Below are positions 61,155-64,000 of a stretch of 64,000 nucleotides of DNA, one piece after another. The DNA comes from Podarcis bocagei. Its lineage: Eukaryota. Each line of letters opens with the position of its first letter. The stretch's first letter is position 1. The position numbers and the translations under genes were made by a program. Location: the NCBI GenBank assembly GCA_964188305.1, contig OZ076886.1; one strand, written 5' to 3'. Under the pieces are notes generated by a model. That model did not search any database, was not told the DNA's origin, and worked only from the letters and a program-made list of their open reading frames with translations.

Positions 61155-62184
61155 AGAGGAGGTTAGATGGACACAAACTTGGATGTCTTTAAAAGAGTTT
61201 TTATTTGAAATTTAAAAATGCAGATAAAACCAGTAAACACTTTTCCTGGTCAAAGTCCATAGAGTTGTGTTGATCCCATAGAACAAGACGACAGAGAGGC
61301 ACACGGGACTCTTATCTGAACAAATTACTGTTGAAAATATATACAGTATAAGGTTTTCAGTGACCCAGATCTTCTTCCTCAGGCAGAATGTTTGAGGGAA
61401 GAAATGAGAAAATATTTAGATATTTCTGTGCAGAGACTCCCTGCTGTGCCTGGCTTATCCTATTGTCTGCAACCCTTTCAATATTAAGATGAAGTTGATG
61501 CAGATCATGCTTAACTATATTAAATGTAGGACATATGCTGAAGCTTCAAGATATACAAAGGCTTCCTAGACCAAAGAAGTAAATAAAAATCTCCTTTTAG
61601 GTATCCCTTTGGATCTGTTTGGCATTACTGGGTGCAGAGTTATGTCACACTAAGAGAATGCTGTAGTGGGAAAAGTTGGAGGGCACCCACGAATTTTAAA
61701 AAATGACGTGAGTCCTGTGTCACCCTGAAGACTAACAACATTAGAATGTGACCTTGCATGGCCAAAGTTATGCCACAATACATTTGTTAAACTTAAAATG
61801 CCAGAAGATTCTTTGTTACATATTTTTTTGTAGCAATGGATGCAGCACAGCTATTCCTATAGACTTTGCAGATTCAAAGTTCATCAAGGGAATGTACATA
61901 AAGCTATTCTCTGATCATGACATTGCTAGCAGTTGTCTACACTTCCAGCTCAAAAGCAACTGAGAGGAAAGGCAAAGTGTCTGCGTATTTCTGTCAGCTT
62001 GAAACTTTTTAGTACTTCTCTCCTGTTATCACTTTTATACTTGTTTTGACTCAAGTGTGTTTCATGGACCCAACCTGGCTGAAGCACCTAAAGCTGAAAT
62101 ATATTCAAACATGCCTGGGAGTAAGTCCTGTTGAACAAAATGGGACTTGATTTTGAGTAAACAGGCATAGGGCTGCACTGTATA

Positions 62185-62860
62185 TATTTTATTATTTTAA
62201 TTAAATTTGTATACCACCCTTCATCTGCAGATCCCAGGGCAGTTCACAACAAAAAATTGCAATACAGTGGTACCTTGGGTTAAGAACTTAATTCGTTCCG
62301 GAGGTCCGTTCTTAACCTGAAACTGTTCTTAACCTGAAGCACCACTTTAGCTAATGGGGCCTCCCGCTGTCACTGCGCCGCTGGAGCACAATTTCTGTTC
62401 TCATCCTGAAGCAAAGTTCTTAACCTGAAGCACTATTTCTGGGTTAGTGGAGTCTGTAGCCCGAAGCTTCTATAACCCAAGGTATCACTGTATAAAAACC
62501 ACAAAATAAATAGTAAAAACAAGAATACCAACCAACCAACCAACCAACCAATAATTCCCCCTCTCCCAACACATTTAAAAGGGCATTGGATGTTAATAAA
62601 GGCCTGGTTGAAGAGGAACATTTTTTGCCTGATGCCTAAAGGCATGTAACGAAGGCGCCAGACGAGCCTCCCTAGGGAGACCATTCCACGACCGGGAAGC
62701 CACTGCAGAGAAGGCCCATTCTCATGTTGCCACCCTCTAGACCTCTTGTGGAGGGGGCACATGAAGAAGGGCCTCAGAGGATGATCTCAGGGTCTGGGTA
62801 GGTCCTTGAGGTATCACTGTCATTATACAGGTCAAAACCAGCGCTTTGAATTGGGCCTGG
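62185..62860 (-). mobile_element. L2 3' end interrupted by MITE family A
   Basis: Reverse L2 terminal motifs (gagaaggccc, aaaaccagcgctttgaattgggcc). Confidence 0.7.
62265..62490. mobile_element. MITE family A, copy 8, inserted in an L2 3' end
   Basis: Same TIRs (slightly degenerate) and TA TSD. Confidence 0.88.
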
Positions 62861-63309
62861 GATCTTGAGGGGGCATATGACAATTTCTTTTTCAGAGGTT
62901 ACTTTTCAAAAGCTCCTCCCTGCTCACACACAAATTGGCCACCCTGTCAAGTATGATCTAGTTGACATTCCTGCACTGTAGGGGGTTAGACTAGATGACC
63001 CTCAGAGTCACTTCCAACTCAGCAGTTCTATGATTCTATGAAATTGCCAGTTTGAAAGTTTCATGAGAGAGTTGTTGAAGGGGAATGTTGCCTGTAGATC
63101 TCATGAGGTGTTATAATATAAGGGGTTCACAAATGCATGTAAAGTTTGCTCTTATTGTTCTTCCCAGATCCCAGTGTCAGTGATGGGGGGACAACAATAT
63201 ATGCTGCAAACAAGGCCAAACCTTGGTTTGCCCATGCTCAATATCTTGAAGTAGGGCATGCCACTGTGTAAGTTTATATGTCTCAATTGATAGGCCAAGA
63301 TATTATCTA

Positions 63310-63352
<43 letters not shown>

Positions 63353-64000
63353 CCCTGCCACTTCTCGCTGTGGGGACTCACTGTGATTATTTGAGGAAGG
63401 ACAAAAAATCAAAAATATATTTAAGATATCGAAATAATACGGTGAACTCCACAGCTTTTATGGATGAGCACCATGGAGTTCCATGTTTTGTTGTTTTCCA
63501 GCACCATGAATTAACTATGCACATCCTCTAAGTACGTTAGAACCTCCAAATCCCTTCCCTTCTTTTGGTCTATGGGAAATTTTGCTACAGGTCTGTGTTA
63601 AGAGCCCTGCCAATGAGCTCTGATTTATTAGTCGTTACGATTTGAATCCAGTAACCAAGGATTCAACAGGCAAAGCATAAGAAACAGAAATTTCCATTTG
63701 GATATAAGGGATCTGGCCTAAAGATCTACCATTCTAGGGATGCTAAAATATAAACAAAAATGACGATTATATTACTTATACTCCACCCAAGTGGCTGGGT
63801 TTCTCCTTATTAGAACAATGTATTAATATAAAGAATAGCATGCAATGTATTTTCTAACCTTTTTTGTGATGCTCATTCCCTGCCTTTCAAAATATTTTAT
63901 ACAAGATGAAGGATGTCATGGGAATGTCAAACATTCGTCATCTTCAGCCTGCATCTTTTCAGGTTTTCTCTTTTAGTCCAGGTACAAATGGTCACAAAGT

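Noticed and set aside
47607-64000. SYNPR exon 3 or an alternative first exon
   Set aside because: No LFAIFAFATCGG-like or MCMVIFAP-like coding sequence was found by eye; it presumably lies beyond the window.

Overview
Eukaryotic genomic DNA from a squamate reptile, most likely a lacertid lizard (Sauria SINEs, CORE-type SINEs, L2/CR1/L1/BovB fragments, many MITEs). The only confidently identified gene is the 5' end of synaptoporin (SYNPR) on the + strand: a CpG island (~46.8-47.8 kb), coding exon 1 (47383-47400, MEPVNQ), a 140-nt intron, exon 2 (47541-47606, LASKGTFRALKEPLAFLRVLEW) and the first 16 kb of a long intron 2. The rest is repeat-rich, and most ORFs in the supplied track are spurious or transposon-derived. 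The most notable observations: (1) a 2.1-kb L1-dependent non-autonomous retroelement bounded by a target-site duplication (TSD), with its own ORF(s) and a second diverged copy; (2) Penelope-type minimal hammerhead ribozyme motifs, one with an intact core ~1 kb upstream of the SYNPR ATG; (3) a pogo-like MITE carrying a minisatellite of chained palindromes; (4) a circularly permuted SINE-plus-flank duplication; (5) a speculative spliced minus-strand transcript with a 92-aa ORF. All calls were made by eye with no database search, so repeat family names come from recalled consensus features and identities are estimates.
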